Below, in pieces: positions 49,589 through 60,508 of a stretch of 64,000 bases of DNA; positions within the stretch are counted from its first letter, which is position 1; every line of letters begins with the position of its first letter. The notes beneath the pieces are model-generated. The model was given only the letters and a program-made list of their open reading frames with translations. It ran no database searches and was not told the origin of the DNA. This stretch comes from Terriglobia bacterium (lineage in GTDB: Bacteria; Acidobacteriota; Terriglobia; 2-12-FULL-54-10): NCBI GenBank assembly GCA_963666975.2, contig CAXVYR010000003.1, positions 1,024,001 through 1,088,000 on the forward strand, in the 5' to 3' direction. Made by a program: the position numbers and the translations under genes.

Positions 49589-49849
49589 AAAATTAGTCCA
49601 CCTGGTAAATCCACCTGCGCAGTTTGCCTGCGGACCGGGAGGATTGGGTTTGGGATTCGGGACAGTTCAGAAAATGCGAGCAGGAACAGGAAAAGGATAT
49701 CCCACTGTTTCCCTGCCAATCGATGCATGGAGCGGACCCACAACCGCGCGGCTTATGCCGGGAGATGCTGCGAGCGGAAGGCCCCGCGCCCCTGCCGAAC
49801 GAACAATCATTCAGGCAATGCGGGAGCGCTCCCGAACGGTTTACTCTCC

Positions 49850-51316
49850 CTATGCCGGAGGCCCCTTCTTCAGGGGGCGAGGCGACATCACGACCGATTT
49901 CGCCTGGGTGTAGTGTTCCAGCGCTTCCAGGCCGTGCTCCTGTCCCAGACCGCTCTGCTTCCATCCTCCAAACGGCATTTCATCATAGATGATCTGCGCG
50001 GAGTTGACCCAGGTATAACCGGCCTGGAGATTTTCCGCGGCAAAGTGAGCCTTGTAGAGATCGCTGGTAAAGATGGAAGAGCCCAGCCCGTAGATGGAGT
50101 TGTTGGCCCGCTCCACCGCCTCCTCGATATTCTTCACGCGGAAGATCGGCAGCGCCGGTCCGAAGCACTCATCCTGGGCGAGCATGGCATCGTCGGGCAC
50201 GTCGGTGACCAGCGTGGGATGCAGGAAATTTCCGTTCTTGTATTCTTTGCCCTCTGGACGCGTTCCCCCGGCGACGACCTTGCCGCCTCGCTTGACGGCA
50301 TCCGCCACCTGCTCCTCGACCTCTTTCCTCTGCCCATCGGTGTGCAGCGGACCCAGGCGGGAAGCCGGGTTCATGCCGTCGCCGATTGTCAGCTTCTTCG
50401 CCTTTCCAATCAGCTTGTTGATGAATTCATCCGCGATGGACTCAAAGACGTAGAGTCGCTTGGTGGCCAGACAGGCCTGGCCGCAGTTGAAAAATCTTCC
50501 CACCGAAGCCGCGCTCACGGCTTCGTCGATGTCGGCGTCGTCGCAGACAATCAGCGGGTCGCTGCCGCCCAATTCGAGCGTCACCCGCTTGAGCGTGTCC
50601 GCCGCCGCCTTCATCACACGGATTCCCGTGTCGGTGGCGCCGGTAAAGCCGATCTTGGCGATCTTAGGATTTTCCAGCAACTCCTGCCCCACCGACGAGC
50701 CCGGCCCGGCCACTACGTTGAGGGTTCCCTCGGGCAGGCCCGCCTGACACATTAATTCCACGACCCGGATGCCGGTGAGCGGAGTGGTGCTGGCAGGTTT
50801 CACGACCATGGTGTTGCCAGCCAGCAGTCCCGGAGCCAGTTTGTTTCCCATCAGAGAAATCGGAAAGTTCCAGGGCACGATGGCGGCGCAAACGCCCAGC
50901 GGCAACCGCAGCACCATTCCGAAACGCCCGTCGGCGATGGGGATTTGGACGCTGCGCAGGTTCTTGCCCAGCCCCGCGTAGTATTCCAAGGTGTGCTGGA
51001 AACGGCGAATCTCCATGGTCGCTTCCTTGAGCGGTTTTCCCTGCTCCCTGGTCAGGCTTTCGGCCAACTCTTTCACATGTTGGTCCATCAGCCGAGCCGC
51101 CTTGTAAAGCACCTCGGCACGGGCGGCGGGCGCCGTCTTGGACCAGACCTTCAACGCTTGTTCCGCAGCGTCAATAGCCCTCCGGGCGTCCTCTCGATTC
51201 CCGCGCGAAACCGTTCCCACAACGCTTCCGTCCGCCGGATTGCGTACTTCGGTTACTTCTCCTCCGACAGACTTTGCCGGTTGTCCGGCAATTACAAACT
51301 GAGCCATCTGAACCAT
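49850..51316 (-). CDS. NAD(P)-dependent aldehyde dehydrogenase
   Basis: PWNFP, KPAS, FTGA, LELGG, NCGQAC, ECFGP, PFGGWKQSG. Confidence 0.95.
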   Translation of the reverse strand: MVQMAQFVIAGQPAKSVGGEVTEVRNPADGSVVGTVSRGNREDARRAIDAAEQALKVWSKTAPAARAEVLYKAARLMDQHVKELAESLTREQGKPLKEATMEIRRFQHTLEYYAGLGKNLRSVQIPIADGRFGMVLRLPLGVCAAIVPWNFPISLMGNKLAPGLLAGNTMVVKPASTTPLTGIRVVELMCQAGLPEGTLNVVAGPGSSVGQELLENPKIAKIGFTGATDTGIRVMKAAADTLKRVTLELGGSDPLIVCDDADIDEAVSAASVGRFFNCGQACLATKRLYVFESIADEFINKLIGKAKKLTIGDGMNPASRLGPLHTDGQRKEVEEQVADAVKRGGKVVAGGTRPEGKEYKNGNFLHPTLVTDVPDDAMLAQDECFGPALPIFRVKNIEEAVERANNSIYGLGSSIFTSDLYKAHFAAENLQAGYTWVNSAQIIYDEMPFGGWKQSGLGQEHGLEALEHYTQAKSVVMSPRPLKKGPPA

Positions 51317-51451
51317 TTTGCTTTACTCTTCATTCTCCTATTCAAGAAATGCGTTCGCTCCCAGGGCGCCCGGCAGTCTTCTCTTGCGTTCTTTGCTGCC
51401 GGTCAACCCCGGGGCATGCCGTTCGGATCGAATTCACCAAGCCGTATGCGA

Positions 51452-52927
51452 CTACACCACTCCGGCGAAGACCACCGATTTCGGCTCGAAATAGTATTCC
51501 AGAGCTTCCGGCCCATGCTCCCGGCCGATGCCGCTCTGCTTCACGCCGCCGAAGGGCAGCTCGTCATAGCCGTAATGCAGCGAGTTGATCCAGGTCACAC
51601 CCGCCTGGATGCGCATTGCCGCCCGGTTTGCTTTGACCAAGTCTTGCGTCCAGATGGAAGACCCCAGGCCATAGATGGAGCTGTTGGCCAGCTCGATGGC
51701 ATGGTCGATGTCTTTCACGCGGAAGATCGGCAAGGCAGGTCCGAAGCATTCTTCCTGCACGATGCGGGCATCGTGCGGAACATTTTCGAGCAGCGTCGCT
51801 TCATAGAAATTGTTGGTCTTGAATCCGGGAACCTGCTTTCCGCCAACCAGAATTTTGCCCCCGCGGCTCACAGCATCCTCCACCTGTTCCTGCACTTCCT
51901 TGCGCTGCGCTTCGGTGTGCAGCGGGCCGAGGCGCGTGTCTTTGACGGTGCCTTCGCCCACCTTCAGCTTTTTGGCCTTGCCAACGAGCAATTCGATGAA
52001 CTTGTCCGCCACGGACTCGAACACGTAGAGACGCTTGATAGCCAGGCACGCCTGGCCACAGTTGTAGAAGCGGCCTACGGATGCCATGGTGGCGGCACGG
52101 CCCAGGTCGGCGTCGTCGCAAACAATCATGGGATCGCTGCCGCCCAGCTCCAGCGTCACGCGCTTGAAATCCCTTCCGGCCACCTCCATGATGTGCTTGC
52201 CCGTGTCGGACGCGCCGGTGAAGGCCACGCGGCGGACCTTGGGGTTGGAAATCAACTCCTCGCCGGCCGTGCTGCCGGGTCCCGTGACGATGCTCAGGAC
52301 GCCTTTCGGCAGACCCGCCTGGTTCATCAATTCAACCACCCGGATCGCCGTGACGGGAGTGCTGCTGGCGGGCTTGATGACCATCGTGTTGCCGCCTGCC
52401 AGCGCCGGGCCGATCTTGGTGCCGGTCAGGGTAATGGGAAAATTCCAGGGAGAGATGCCCACGCAGACGCCGACGGGACGTTTCAGCACCAGACCGTAGG
52501 CCCCCTTGTTCGGGAAACTCGGCAGCGGCACGTAGTCGCTGCGCACCTTCGACGCCAGGGCGGCGTAAAAGGCGATCCCGTGCAGGTAATGCTCGATCTC
52601 GGTCTTGGCTTCGCTGACCGGCTTGCCCTGCTCCTGGCAAAGCGACAGCGCCAGCTCGTCGATGGCGTCATGGGTGATGTCATGCGCTTTGTTCAAAATC
52701 CGGGAACGTTCCTCGGCTGTGGTCTCCGACCACTGCTCCAGGGCCGCTTCGGCGGCGTCAACAGCCCTCCGCGCGTCAGCGGCATTCGCTTTGGGCACCG
52801 TGGCGACCACCTCGCCGGTGGCGGGGTTGCGAACTTCCGCGCGGTCTCCGCTGGCGGAGTCCACCGACTCCCCGTCAATAAACATCTTCATATCTTTTTT
52901 TGTTCCCGTCGCTGTAGCGTTACTCAT
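51452..52927 (-). CDS. NAD(P)-dependent aldehyde dehydrogenase (tandem paralog)
   Basis: Same motif set as 49850-51316. Confidence 0.95.
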   Translation of the reverse strand: MSNATATGTKKDMKMFIDGESVDSASGDRAEVRNPATGEVVATVPKANAADARRAVDAAEAALEQWSETTAEERSRILNKAHDITHDAIDELALSLCQEQGKPVSEAKTEIEHYLHGIAFYAALASKVRSDYVPLPSFPNKGAYGLVLKRPVGVCVGISPWNFPITLTGTKIGPALAGGNTMVIKPASSTPVTAIRVVELMNQAGLPKGVLSIVTGPGSTAGEELISNPKVRRVAFTGASDTGKHIMEVAGRDFKRVTLELGGSDPMIVCDDADLGRAATMASVGRFYNCGQACLAIKRLYVFESVADKFIELLVGKAKKLKVGEGTVKDTRLGPLHTEAQRKEVQEQVEDAVSRGGKILVGGKQVPGFKTNNFYEATLLENVPHDARIVQEECFGPALPIFRVKDIDHAIELANSSIYGLGSSIWTQDLVKANRAAMRIQAGVTWINSLHYGYDELPFGGVKQSGIGREHGPEALEYYFEPKSVVFAGVV

Positions 52928-53061
52928 CCACTCCTCCTGTGTAAAATAAATTCAAGATGCTGGGGACTCCGCGAAACCCGGCCCGAGGAAGAATACCGCC
53001 GTCCGGGTCGCCGGCTACCCGCCAGAAAACTGGGCGATCCGTTGTAATATTCAGTGAAACG

Positions 53062-53847
53062 TCAAGCGCCTTTGTAGACCGCCTGACGCCGCTCCAAAAA
53101 TGCGCTGACCCCTTCTTTGGCATCCGCGCTCTCGTAAAGTTGCTGGAGCGTTTCGTGCTCGATCAAAATTCCTTCTGAAATGGAGGTCTCCAGGCTGGCC
53201 CTCGCCGCCAGCTTAATACGGCCAACCGCCTTGGACGCTTTATTGGGCGGGACAAACTGGCGGGCGAAAGCAAGCACCTCCTCCCAGTAACCTTCCGGCT
53301 CATAGACATAGCTCACTACGCCGAGATCCAGGGCCTCATCAAAAGTCATGGCGCGGCCCGTGGCAATCAACTCCACGGCGCGGGCATACCCGATCAAGCG
53401 CGGCAAGCGTTGCGTGCCTCCCACGCCCGGCTGCAGCCCGAGATTCACCTCCGGCAGTCCAACCCGCCCGGCGTCCCGCTTGGCAATGCGGATGTCACAG
53501 GCCAGGGCGATCTCCAGGCCTCCTCCCATGGTGTGTCCGTTGAGGGCGGCGATCACCAGCTTGGGGGTCATCTCCAGCCGCCTGGCGGTTTCGTTGGCGT
53601 GAAGCGAGAAGTAATAAAAGTGGTGGGACGATTTCTCCGCCAGCATTTTGATGTTGGCGCCGCCTGAGAAAAACTTCTCTCCTTTGCCCCGCAGGATCAG
53701 GCAGTGGACGTTCTCGTCCATGCGCGCTTCGAGGATCGCCTCGTCCAGATCGCGCATCATCTCATAGCCATAGGCATTGGCGGGCGGATCGTTTAGTTCC
53801 AGGACGGCGATTCCATCTTTGGTGGAATAATCGACTAATTTACCCAT
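53062..53847 (-). CDS. Enoyl-CoA hydratase/isomerase family
   Basis: FFSGGANI, GGGLEIALACDIR, GLPEVNLGLQPG.GGTQRLPR. Confidence 0.93.
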   Translation of the reverse strand: MGKLVDYSTKDGIAVLELNDPPANAYGYEMMRDLDEAILEARMDENVHCLILRGKGEKFFSGGANIKMLAEKSSHHFYYFSLHANETARRLEMTPKLVIAALNGHTMGGGLEIALACDIRIAKRDAGRVGLPEVNLGLQPGVGGTQRLPRLIGYARAVELIATGRAMTFDEALDLGVVSYVYEPEGYWEEVLAFARQFVPPNKASKAVGRIKLAARASLETSISEGILIEHETLQQLYESADAKEGVSAFLERRQAVYKGA

Positions 53848-54119
53848 TCGGTTGCTCCTCAGTCAGTATTAAGAATTCAAGGATTCAGTAAAACGGAGAG
53901 AACTTGCTTCCCTACAACGAGCTTCCACCCGGTAGCCTACAGAAGCTGCTCGGTGGGGACAACTTCCAACGGTCTTCTTCAGGGTGCTGGCGAATTTTAG
54001 AGGATATCACACAAGCAGGCGGGTCTTCTACCGTGAAATACCAACCAGCAGCGTACCCGCCCCGTGGCGCCGGCTCTCCGGCGGTCCCGTCTCGCGGGAA
54101 TGCTTCCCGAAAAAGCCAA

Positions 54120-55859
54120 CTATTGGAATTCAAAAGTGTAAGGCATCCAGGCCCATAACGGCGTGGCAGCCATACTCTCCAGCCGCCTCCACTGGGCAAG
54201 CCAATCGGAGAGCCCTGCAGGCAAATCCAGCGCCTGACCTCGAACCCTGCTGAGCACCAACTGGAAAAGCGATTTCCTCTTTGGATATTCCACCAGCTCG
54301 ACCGGCGCATCCGGAGGAATCCCTGCCTTTTCCTTCAGCAACTCCATGGCCCGCGCAAAACCGCCCAGCTCATCGATCAGACCATTCTGCTGCGCCTGTT
54401 CCCCCGTCCAGACACGGCCTTGGGCCAGTTGGTCCACCGCTTCCGGAGTCATATTTCGGGCTGCGCCGACTCGGGCAAGAAATTTGTCGTAAAAATCCTT
54501 CATCAGGGCGCGGATCCGTTCCCTTTCCTGCGGAGTATAAGAATCATAGTCGGAATCCATCCGGGCGAAATCGCCCCGGCTGATGATCTCTTTATGAATG
54601 CCCACCTTGTCGTAGAAACCTTTCAGATTCAGTTTTCCATAGACGATGCCGATCGAGCCCGTAATGGTTCCCGGCTCGGCCACGATGGGATCGCCGGTCA
54701 TGGCGATGTAGTAACCGCCGGAAGCAGCCGTATCGGACATGGAGATCACCACCGGTTTTTTCTCCCGCAGCAGGACCATGCACCTCCAGATTTCATCCGA
54801 CGCCAGCGCGTCTCCTCCCGGACTGTCGATGCGCACGATGACTCCTTTGATCGAATCGTCTTCCCGCACCGTTTCCAAAACATCAGCCATAGTCCGCGCT
54901 CCCAAGGTTTTCCCCGATGGGAGCAGCTCGTAGTCTTCCTCGCCCGCGGTAATGTTGCCGACGGCGTAGACCACGGCAATCCGCTCTCCTCCATCCAACC
55001 CCACTTGCGAGGCGGGAACCCTGCGATATTTCCCCATCGCCATTTTGTGGAACTCCTTGTTCTGATTTTCGTTTTCGAGCTGGTCGAAAACCTGGTCTTC
55101 GTACAGCAGTTGATCCGCTAAGCCCAGCAGCAAGGCACGGTCCGACTCAAAAGGCCCGGATTGCTCCATCAGCGAACGGACCTCTTCGACAGAGCGATGG
55201 CGAGCCGCAGCCACCGTTGTCACAAAATTGCCATAGATGCTGTCCAGCAAGGAAGTCGTCGCCTCGCGAAAAGCCCTGCTCATGCGGTTGTCGGTAAATT
55301 GGTCGGAAAAATTCTTGTAGTCTCCAATGTGCTCCAAATCGGCCTGGACTCCGAGCTTTCCCAGGGTGTCTTTGAAAAACATCACCTCGGCCCGCATCCC
55401 CTTCAGGTTGAGAAAGCCCGCCGGAGACAAGAAAATTTTATCGGCAACCGAAGCCAGAAAATATTCCTTGGTCCCCGCCACGTGGAGCAGTGCTGCCACG
55501 GTCTTGCACTGCCGCTGAAATTCCTCCAGGGTCCTTCGGAGCTGTTGCAGCTTCCCCCATCCCATACGCAGGCTGGAAGGCTTTACCACGATGCCGGTGA
55601 TCCGGGAATCGGCTCCGGCCTTTTGGATGTTCTGTATCAAAGAAAGGAAATTGGAACCCCGGCCCTCTCCGAAGATTTCTTCCAGCAAATCAGGCTGGAC
55701 CTGCTCGGGAATATCTCCGCTCAGCTCCAGAATCAAGGTGGTATTCTCCAGAACCTCCGGCGGCCTCTGGCCGATTCGCCACGCGATGATGCTTCCCGCG
55801 ACGAGGAGAACCGTCATCAACAAGACGCCGGTCATCAGACCCCAAAACCATTTTTTCAT
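54120..55859 (-). CDS. sppA: Signal peptide peptidase SppA (67K type)
   Basis: N-terminal TM, YFLASVAD, RIDSPGG, AASGGYY, TGSIG, GRVWTG. Confidence 0.93.
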   Translation of the reverse strand: MKKWFWGLMTGVLLMTVLLVAGSIIAWRIGQRPPEVLENTTLILELSGDIPEQVQPDLLEEIFGEGRGSNFLSLIQNIQKAGADSRITGIVVKPSSLRMGWGKLQQLRRTLEEFQRQCKTVAALLHVAGTKEYFLASVADKIFLSPAGFLNLKGMRAEVMFFKDTLGKLGVQADLEHIGDYKNFSDQFTDNRMSRAFREATTSLLDSIYGNFVTTVAAARHRSVEEVRSLMEQSGPFESDRALLLGLADQLLYEDQVFDQLENENQNKEFHKMAMGKYRRVPASQVGLDGGERIAVVYAVGNITAGEEDYELLPSGKTLGARTMADVLETVREDDSIKGVIVRIDSPGGDALASDEIWRCMVLLREKKPVVISMSDTAASGGYYIAMTGDPIVAEPGTITGSIGIVYGKLNLKGFYDKVGIHKEIISRGDFARMDSDYDSYTPQERERIRALMKDFYDKFLARVGAARNMTPEAVDQLAQGRVWTGEQAQQNGLIDELGGFARAMELLKEKAGIPPDAPVELVEYPKRKSLFQLVLSRVRGQALDLPAGLSDWLAQWRRLESMAATPLWAWMPYTFEFQ

Positions 55860-56057
55860 CTTGACCTCCGATGGCTTTCCGCCGGAAAGATTTTTTTGCG
55901 ATCCCGGCTTGGCAAATCTCCAGCCAGGAAGCTTTCGTTCACTGGCTGGCGTTCACTGGCCGACGCTCACCGCCCGGCCAGGCTCACCGGACAGGACGGA
56001 AACCCGGATGGACAATACCCCACGGCGATGGTTCGAAGCATTCCTGCGCCACGAACC

Positions 56058-57233
56058 CTACTGGAGTTTGACGGCCGATTGCGAATGAACCGTGGGGAGA
56101 GGAACCTGCTCTGCGATCCGGATGCCATAGGCTTCCAAGGCCACCACCCTGCGCGGGTGATTCGTAAGCAATCGGACAGACTGTAGTTTTAAATCAGATA
56201 ATATCTGGGCGCCAATGCCGGATTCGTGCTGAATCTTCCGGCTTTGAGCCGGTTCACTTTTTTCTGTAAACTGGCGTCCATGCGCGACCAGCCGCGCCCC
56301 GCCCTCCGGCAGCTTATCCAACTGAAAGCCGCGGCCCGTCTGGTGCAAATACAGAAGCACTCCCCGGCCCTCCTGCCCGATCTTTTCCATCGACTTCCAG
56401 ATCATCTCATGGCAGTCACATCCGCTCGATGCAAAGACGTCCCCCATTACACAATGTGAATGGACGCGCACCAGCACCGGAGTCTTTCCGGCCACCTCGC
56501 CCATGACCAGGGCCAAATGAATTTCCGGGTCAATATCCGACTGGTAGGCGATCATTCGGAAAGCGCCGAACTTCGTGGGCATTTCCGCTTCACCGATCCG
56601 GCGAATATAGCGCTCCGTGCGCAAACGATAACGAATCAGGTCCGCCACCGTAATCATCCGCATCCCGTGCCGGCGGCCAAATTCCTGCAGTTCAGGGACG
56701 CGCGACATGGATCCGTCATCGCTCATAATTTCGCAGATGACACCCGCCGGAACCAAGCCCGCTAAACGGGCCATGTCCACCGAAGCCTCCGTTTGCCCGG
56801 CGCGCACCAGCACGCCTCCATTGCGGGCCAGCAGGGGAAAGACGTGTCCCGGGCGGGCTAAATCAGAAGGCCGCGTAGCCGGATCGATGGCGGTTTGGAT
56901 CGTGCGGGCGCGGTCCGCGGCGGAGATCCCGGTGGTCGTGCCGAACTTCGCATCGATGGTTTCACCGAACGCAGTGCCAAAGCTGGCGGTATTGTTCGAC
57001 ACCATTTGCGGAATTCGCAGATGATCGAGCCTTTGTTCGGTCAGCGCCAGGCAGATCAACCCCCGGCCATACTTTGCCATAAAGTTGATTGCCTCCGGCG
57101 TCACCTTGTCGGCCGCCAGGGTGAGGTCGCCTTCGTTCTCGCGGTCCTCATCGTCCACCACAATCACCATTCGGCCGCTGCGGATGTCCTCCACGGCTTC
57201 TTCAATCGGTGCAAACAGGGATTTTTCGCTCAT
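56058..57233 (-). CDS. ribBA: DHBP synthase fused to GTP cyclohydrolase II-like domain
   Basis: [27 protein letters not shown]; C-terminal VRVHS.C..GD.F.S..CDC, GAQIL.DL, LLTN. Confidence 0.9.
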   Translation of the reverse strand: MSEKSLFAPIEEAVEDIRSGRMVIVVDDEDRENEGDLTLAADKVTPEAINFMAKYGRGLICLALTEQRLDHLRIPQMVSNNTASFGTAFGETIDAKFGTTTGISAADRARTIQTAIDPATRPSDLARPGHVFPLLARNGGVLVRAGQTEASVDMARLAGLVPAGVICEIMSDDGSMSRVPELQEFGRRHGMRMITVADLIRYRLRTERYIRRIGEAEMPTKFGAFRMIAYQSDIDPEIHLALVMGEVAGKTPVLVRVHSHCVMGDVFASSGCDCHEMIWKSMEKIGQEGRGVLLYLHQTGRGFQLDKLPEGGARLVAHGRQFTEKSEPAQSRKIQHESGIGAQILSDLKLQSVRLLTNHPRRVVALEAYGIRIAEQVPLPTVHSQSAVKLQ

Positions 57234-57514
57234 TGTTTAAGAATCCCTTGGACTCTCTTGCGCTTCGGGAGCTACGACCCTCCCGCCCCGCCTGTAGTCT
57301 TCAATTATAGCCTAAGAGTGCCGTCCTTCGAACGCCCTGAAAGATCCAAGCGTTTTCCATGCCTGCCCCATCCGGCTGCCCTGCTCCTCTTATTTGCTGG
57401 TTTACATCTGGGCTGCTTGACACCTTGGTTACCTGACACCTGGGCCGGTTGACACCTGACAAGGATGGCCCATACAATCGGACGCAGGCAGCACGGGAAA
57501 GCATCGGCTTCGGC

Positions 57515-58972
57515 ATGATCTCTTTTTACAACACCCTGACCGGACGAGTGGAAGAATTTGTCCCGCTGGAGGAAGGGCGGGTTCGCCTCTACACCTGCGG
57601 TCCGACAGTTTACGATTATGCTCACATCGGCAACTATCGCAGCTTTCTTTTCGGCGACATCCTGCGGCGGCACTTGCGGCGTAGCGGCTTCGAGCTTCTC
57701 CACGTGATGAATATCACCGACGTCGATGACAAAACGATCCGTAACGCTGCGGCAGCCGGACAGACTTTGACCGAATATACCGACCGCTTCATTGAGGCTT
57801 TCTTTGAAGACTCTCGCAAGCTGCGCCTGGAAAAACCCGAAAAGGTGGCGCGGGCCACCGAGCACATCCCCGATATGGTGCAAACCATCCGCCAGCTGGG
57901 AGAAAAAGGTTTCACCTATTCCAGCGAAGGCTCCGTCTATTTTCGCATCGCCAATTTCCCGCAGTACGGCAAACTCTCCAAGATCGACATCTCCGGTATG
58001 CGGCCCGGAACCCGCATGGACCAGGACGAATATGAAAAAGCGGATGTCCGGGATTTTGTCCTCTGGAAAGCTCCCAAGCCGGGCGAACCGTCTTGGGAAA
58101 CCGAACTGGGCCCCGGACGGCCGGGCTGGCACATTGAGTGCTCCGTGATGGCCAACAAATACCTCGGCGAGAGCTTTGACATCCATGCCGGAGGGGCTGA
58201 CCTGATCTTCCCACATCATGAAAATGAAATTGCGCAATCCGAGGCGCTCTCCGGAAAAACGTTTGCACGCTATTGGCTCCACTGTGAACACCTGCTGGTC
58301 GACGGGCAAAAGATGTCCAAGTCCGTGGGCAACTACTTCACGCTGCGCGATCTGCTCCAGCAAGGACACACGGCGGAATCCATCCGGTATCTTCTGGCTT
58401 CGGTTCCTTACCGCAGACAGCTCAACTTCACCGCCGACGGTTTGAGGCAGGCTGCTCAGTCCATCGAGCGGCTGAAGAACTTCCAGTTTCGCTTGTCGCA
58501 CAGCTCTTTCCCCAAGGGAACAAACGCCGAAATCGCGGCCAAGACAACCGCTTTCCCCGGCTTGCTCCGCAAGGCTATGGACGACGACCTGAACACGGCC
58601 CAAGCGATGGGAGTGTTGTTCGAGTTGGTGAGAACCGTCAATACGGCAGTTGACCGGGGAGAGTTTCGGAGAGAGAACACCCAGCCTGCTCTGAACTGCC
58701 TGTCGCAGTGGAATGAAATTTTTGAAGTGCTGCCCAAACAAACGAGTGATCGACAAGCGCAAGGTTATGTTGCAGTCGGGGAAGACTCCGCCCAGGCTTC
58801 TGCGGGAAACAACGGGATGGGGTCCGCTGAAATTGAGGCTAAATTACAGGAGCGTACCGCAGCGCGCCGGCAAAGGAACTTTGCTCTGGCAGACCGTATC
58901 CGGGACGAATTAAGCGCCGCCGGTATCCTGATTGAAGACACTAAAGACGGGATGCGATGGCAACGGAAATAA
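57515..58972 (+). CDS. cysS: Cysteine--tRNA ligase
   Basis: CGPTVY, HIGN, GRPGWHIECS, FPHHENE, KMSKS. Confidence 0.97.
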   Translation: MISFYNTLTGRVEEFVPLEEGRVRLYTCGPTVYDYAHIGNYRSFLFGDILRRHLRRSGFELLHVMNITDVDDKTIRNAAAAGQTLTEYTDRFIEAFFEDSRKLRLEKPEKVARATEHIPDMVQTIRQLGEKGFTYSSEGSVYFRIANFPQYGKLSKIDISGMRPGTRMDQDEYEKADVRDFVLWKAPKPGEPSWETELGPGRPGWHIECSVMANKYLGESFDIHAGGADLIFPHHENEIAQSEALSGKTFARYWLHCEHLLVDGQKMSKSVGNYFTLRDLLQQGHTAESIRYLLASVPYRRQLNFTADGLRQAAQSIERLKNFQFRLSHSSFPKGTNAEIAAKTTAFPGLLRKAMDDDLNTAQAMGVLFELVRTVNTAVDRGEFRRENTQPALNCLSQWNEIFEVLPKQTSDRQAQGYVAVGEDSAQASAGNNGMGSAEIEAKLQERTAARRQRNFALADRIRDELSAAGILIEDTKDGMRWQRK

Positions 58973-59135
58973 TGGCAACGGAAATAGCGAATTAGCCTGC
59001 GCAGTGCTTCCGAGAACCTGACAGCTCTTTTTTCCTCCCCCTTTTCCAGCCGGCTTTTACGCACTTACCGGCAAGCATTCTCTGGCCGCCATACTCCCGG
59101 AAAACTATTATCCTGCAATCGGAATGGAGGAAGGC

Positions 59136-60494
59136 ATGGCCACATTGAAGAATGCATTGCTGCCACTCATCCAGACAAGACTGCCGGGCCCTCGTGCAAA
59201 AAAGGTGCTCCAGGCCGACCAACAGTACGTTTCTCCTTCCTACACGCGCAGCTATCCTTTGGTCGCCAAGCGCGGGCGAGGCGCATTGGTGGAAGACGTC
59301 GATGGGAACCGTTTCCTGGATTTTACCGCTGGCATCGGCGTGGTTGCCACCGGGCACTGTCACCCCAAAGTGGTACAGGCCATCAAAAAGCAGGCGGCCG
59401 AATTGATCCACATGTCCGGAACCGATTTCTACTATCCCGGTCTGGCGGAGATGGCGCGCAAGCTCTCCCTGCTTGCTCCCGGCGCAGGCCCTAAGCGAGT
59501 CTATTTCGGCAACTCCGGCACGGAAGCGGTGGAAGCAGCCATGAAGCTGGCACGATTCTACACCGGGCGCAGCCAGTTCATCGCGTTCACCAACTCCTTT
59601 CACGGCCGCACGCTGGGCGCTCTCTCCCTCACCGCCAGCAAGCCGGTGCAGCGCCGCGGGTTCGGACCGCTCATACCGGGTGTCACACACATCCCATATG
59701 CCAACTGCTACCGCTGTGCCTATGGCCTGGAATTGAACAACTGCGGCATCCATTGCGCGCGCGTCATTGAAGAGCGGTTGTTTCAGACTACCGTGCCCAG
59801 CCAGGAGGTCGCGGCCATCATCGTGGAGCCGATTCAGGGGGAAGGCGGTTACGTGGTTCCGCCCCGCGAGTTCCTGCACGAGCTGCGCCGCATCTGCGAC
59901 AAGCACGGAATCCTGCTGGTGGCCGACGAGGTGCAATCCGGCATGGGACGGACCGGCAAGATGTGGGCTTGCCAGCATTTTGGCGTGGTCCCCGATATTA
60001 TTTGTGTCGGCAAAGGGATCGCTTCCGGCCTGCCATTGAGCGCGATTGTGAGCCCTGCGAAGATCATGGACTGGCCTCCTGGTTCGCATGCCTCCACGTT
60101 CGGCGGCAATCCGGTTTCCCTCGCCGCCTCGCTGGCTACCATTGAGTTGCTGGAAAAAAAGTATGTGGCCAACGCAGCCCGCATGGGCCGCCTCCTGCTG
60201 GACCAGCTGAAGGAGTGGCCCCAGAGGCATCGCTTGGTCGGCGACATCCGCGGCAAAGGCCTGATGCTGGGAATCGAACTGGTCAAGAATCGCCAAACCA
60301 AGGAACCCGCGCCCAAAGAAAGAGACAGGCTGATCCAACTGGCTTTTAAGAAGGGCCTCTTGGTGCTGGGCTGCGGGGTAAGCACCCTCCGTTTGATGCC
60401 GCCCTTGACGATCAACCGAAGCCAGGCCGAGTTTGCAGTGCGGCTACTGGATCGCTGCCTGAGCCAAATCGAAGGACAAAGCGGAGGCCGTTAA
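59136..60494 (+). CDS. Class III aminotransferase (4-aminobutyrate/acetylornithine type)
   Basis: DVDGNRFLDF, NSGTEA, FHGRT, EPIQGEGG, DEVQSGMGRTG, GKG, STFGGNP. Confidence 0.93.
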   Translation: MATLKNALLPLIQTRLPGPRAKKVLQADQQYVSPSYTRSYPLVAKRGRGALVEDVDGNRFLDFTAGIGVVATGHCHPKVVQAIKKQAAELIHMSGTDFYYPGLAEMARKLSLLAPGAGPKRVYFGNSGTEAVEAAMKLARFYTGRSQFIAFTNSFHGRTLGALSLTASKPVQRRGFGPLIPGVTHIPYANCYRCAYGLELNNCGIHCARVIEERLFQTTVPSQEVAAIIVEPIQGEGGYVVPPREFLHELRRICDKHGILLVADEVQSGMGRTGKMWACQHFGVVPDIICVGKGIASGLPLSAIVSPAKIMDWPPGSHASTFGGNPVSLAASLATIELLEKKYVANAARMGRLLLDQLKEWPQRHRLVGDIRGKGLMLGIELVKNRQTKEPAPKERDRLIQLAFKKGLLVLGCGVSTLRLMPPLTINRSQAEFAVRLLDRCLSQIEGQSGGR

Positions 60495-60508
60495 GCGAGG
60501 GAAGCAGC

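Noticed and set aside
49727-53047. Long plus-strand ORFs (342 and 700 aa)
   Set aside because: Antisense shadows of the GC-rich ALDH genes; the same applies to 43561-45066, 57305-58762 and 58992-60338.
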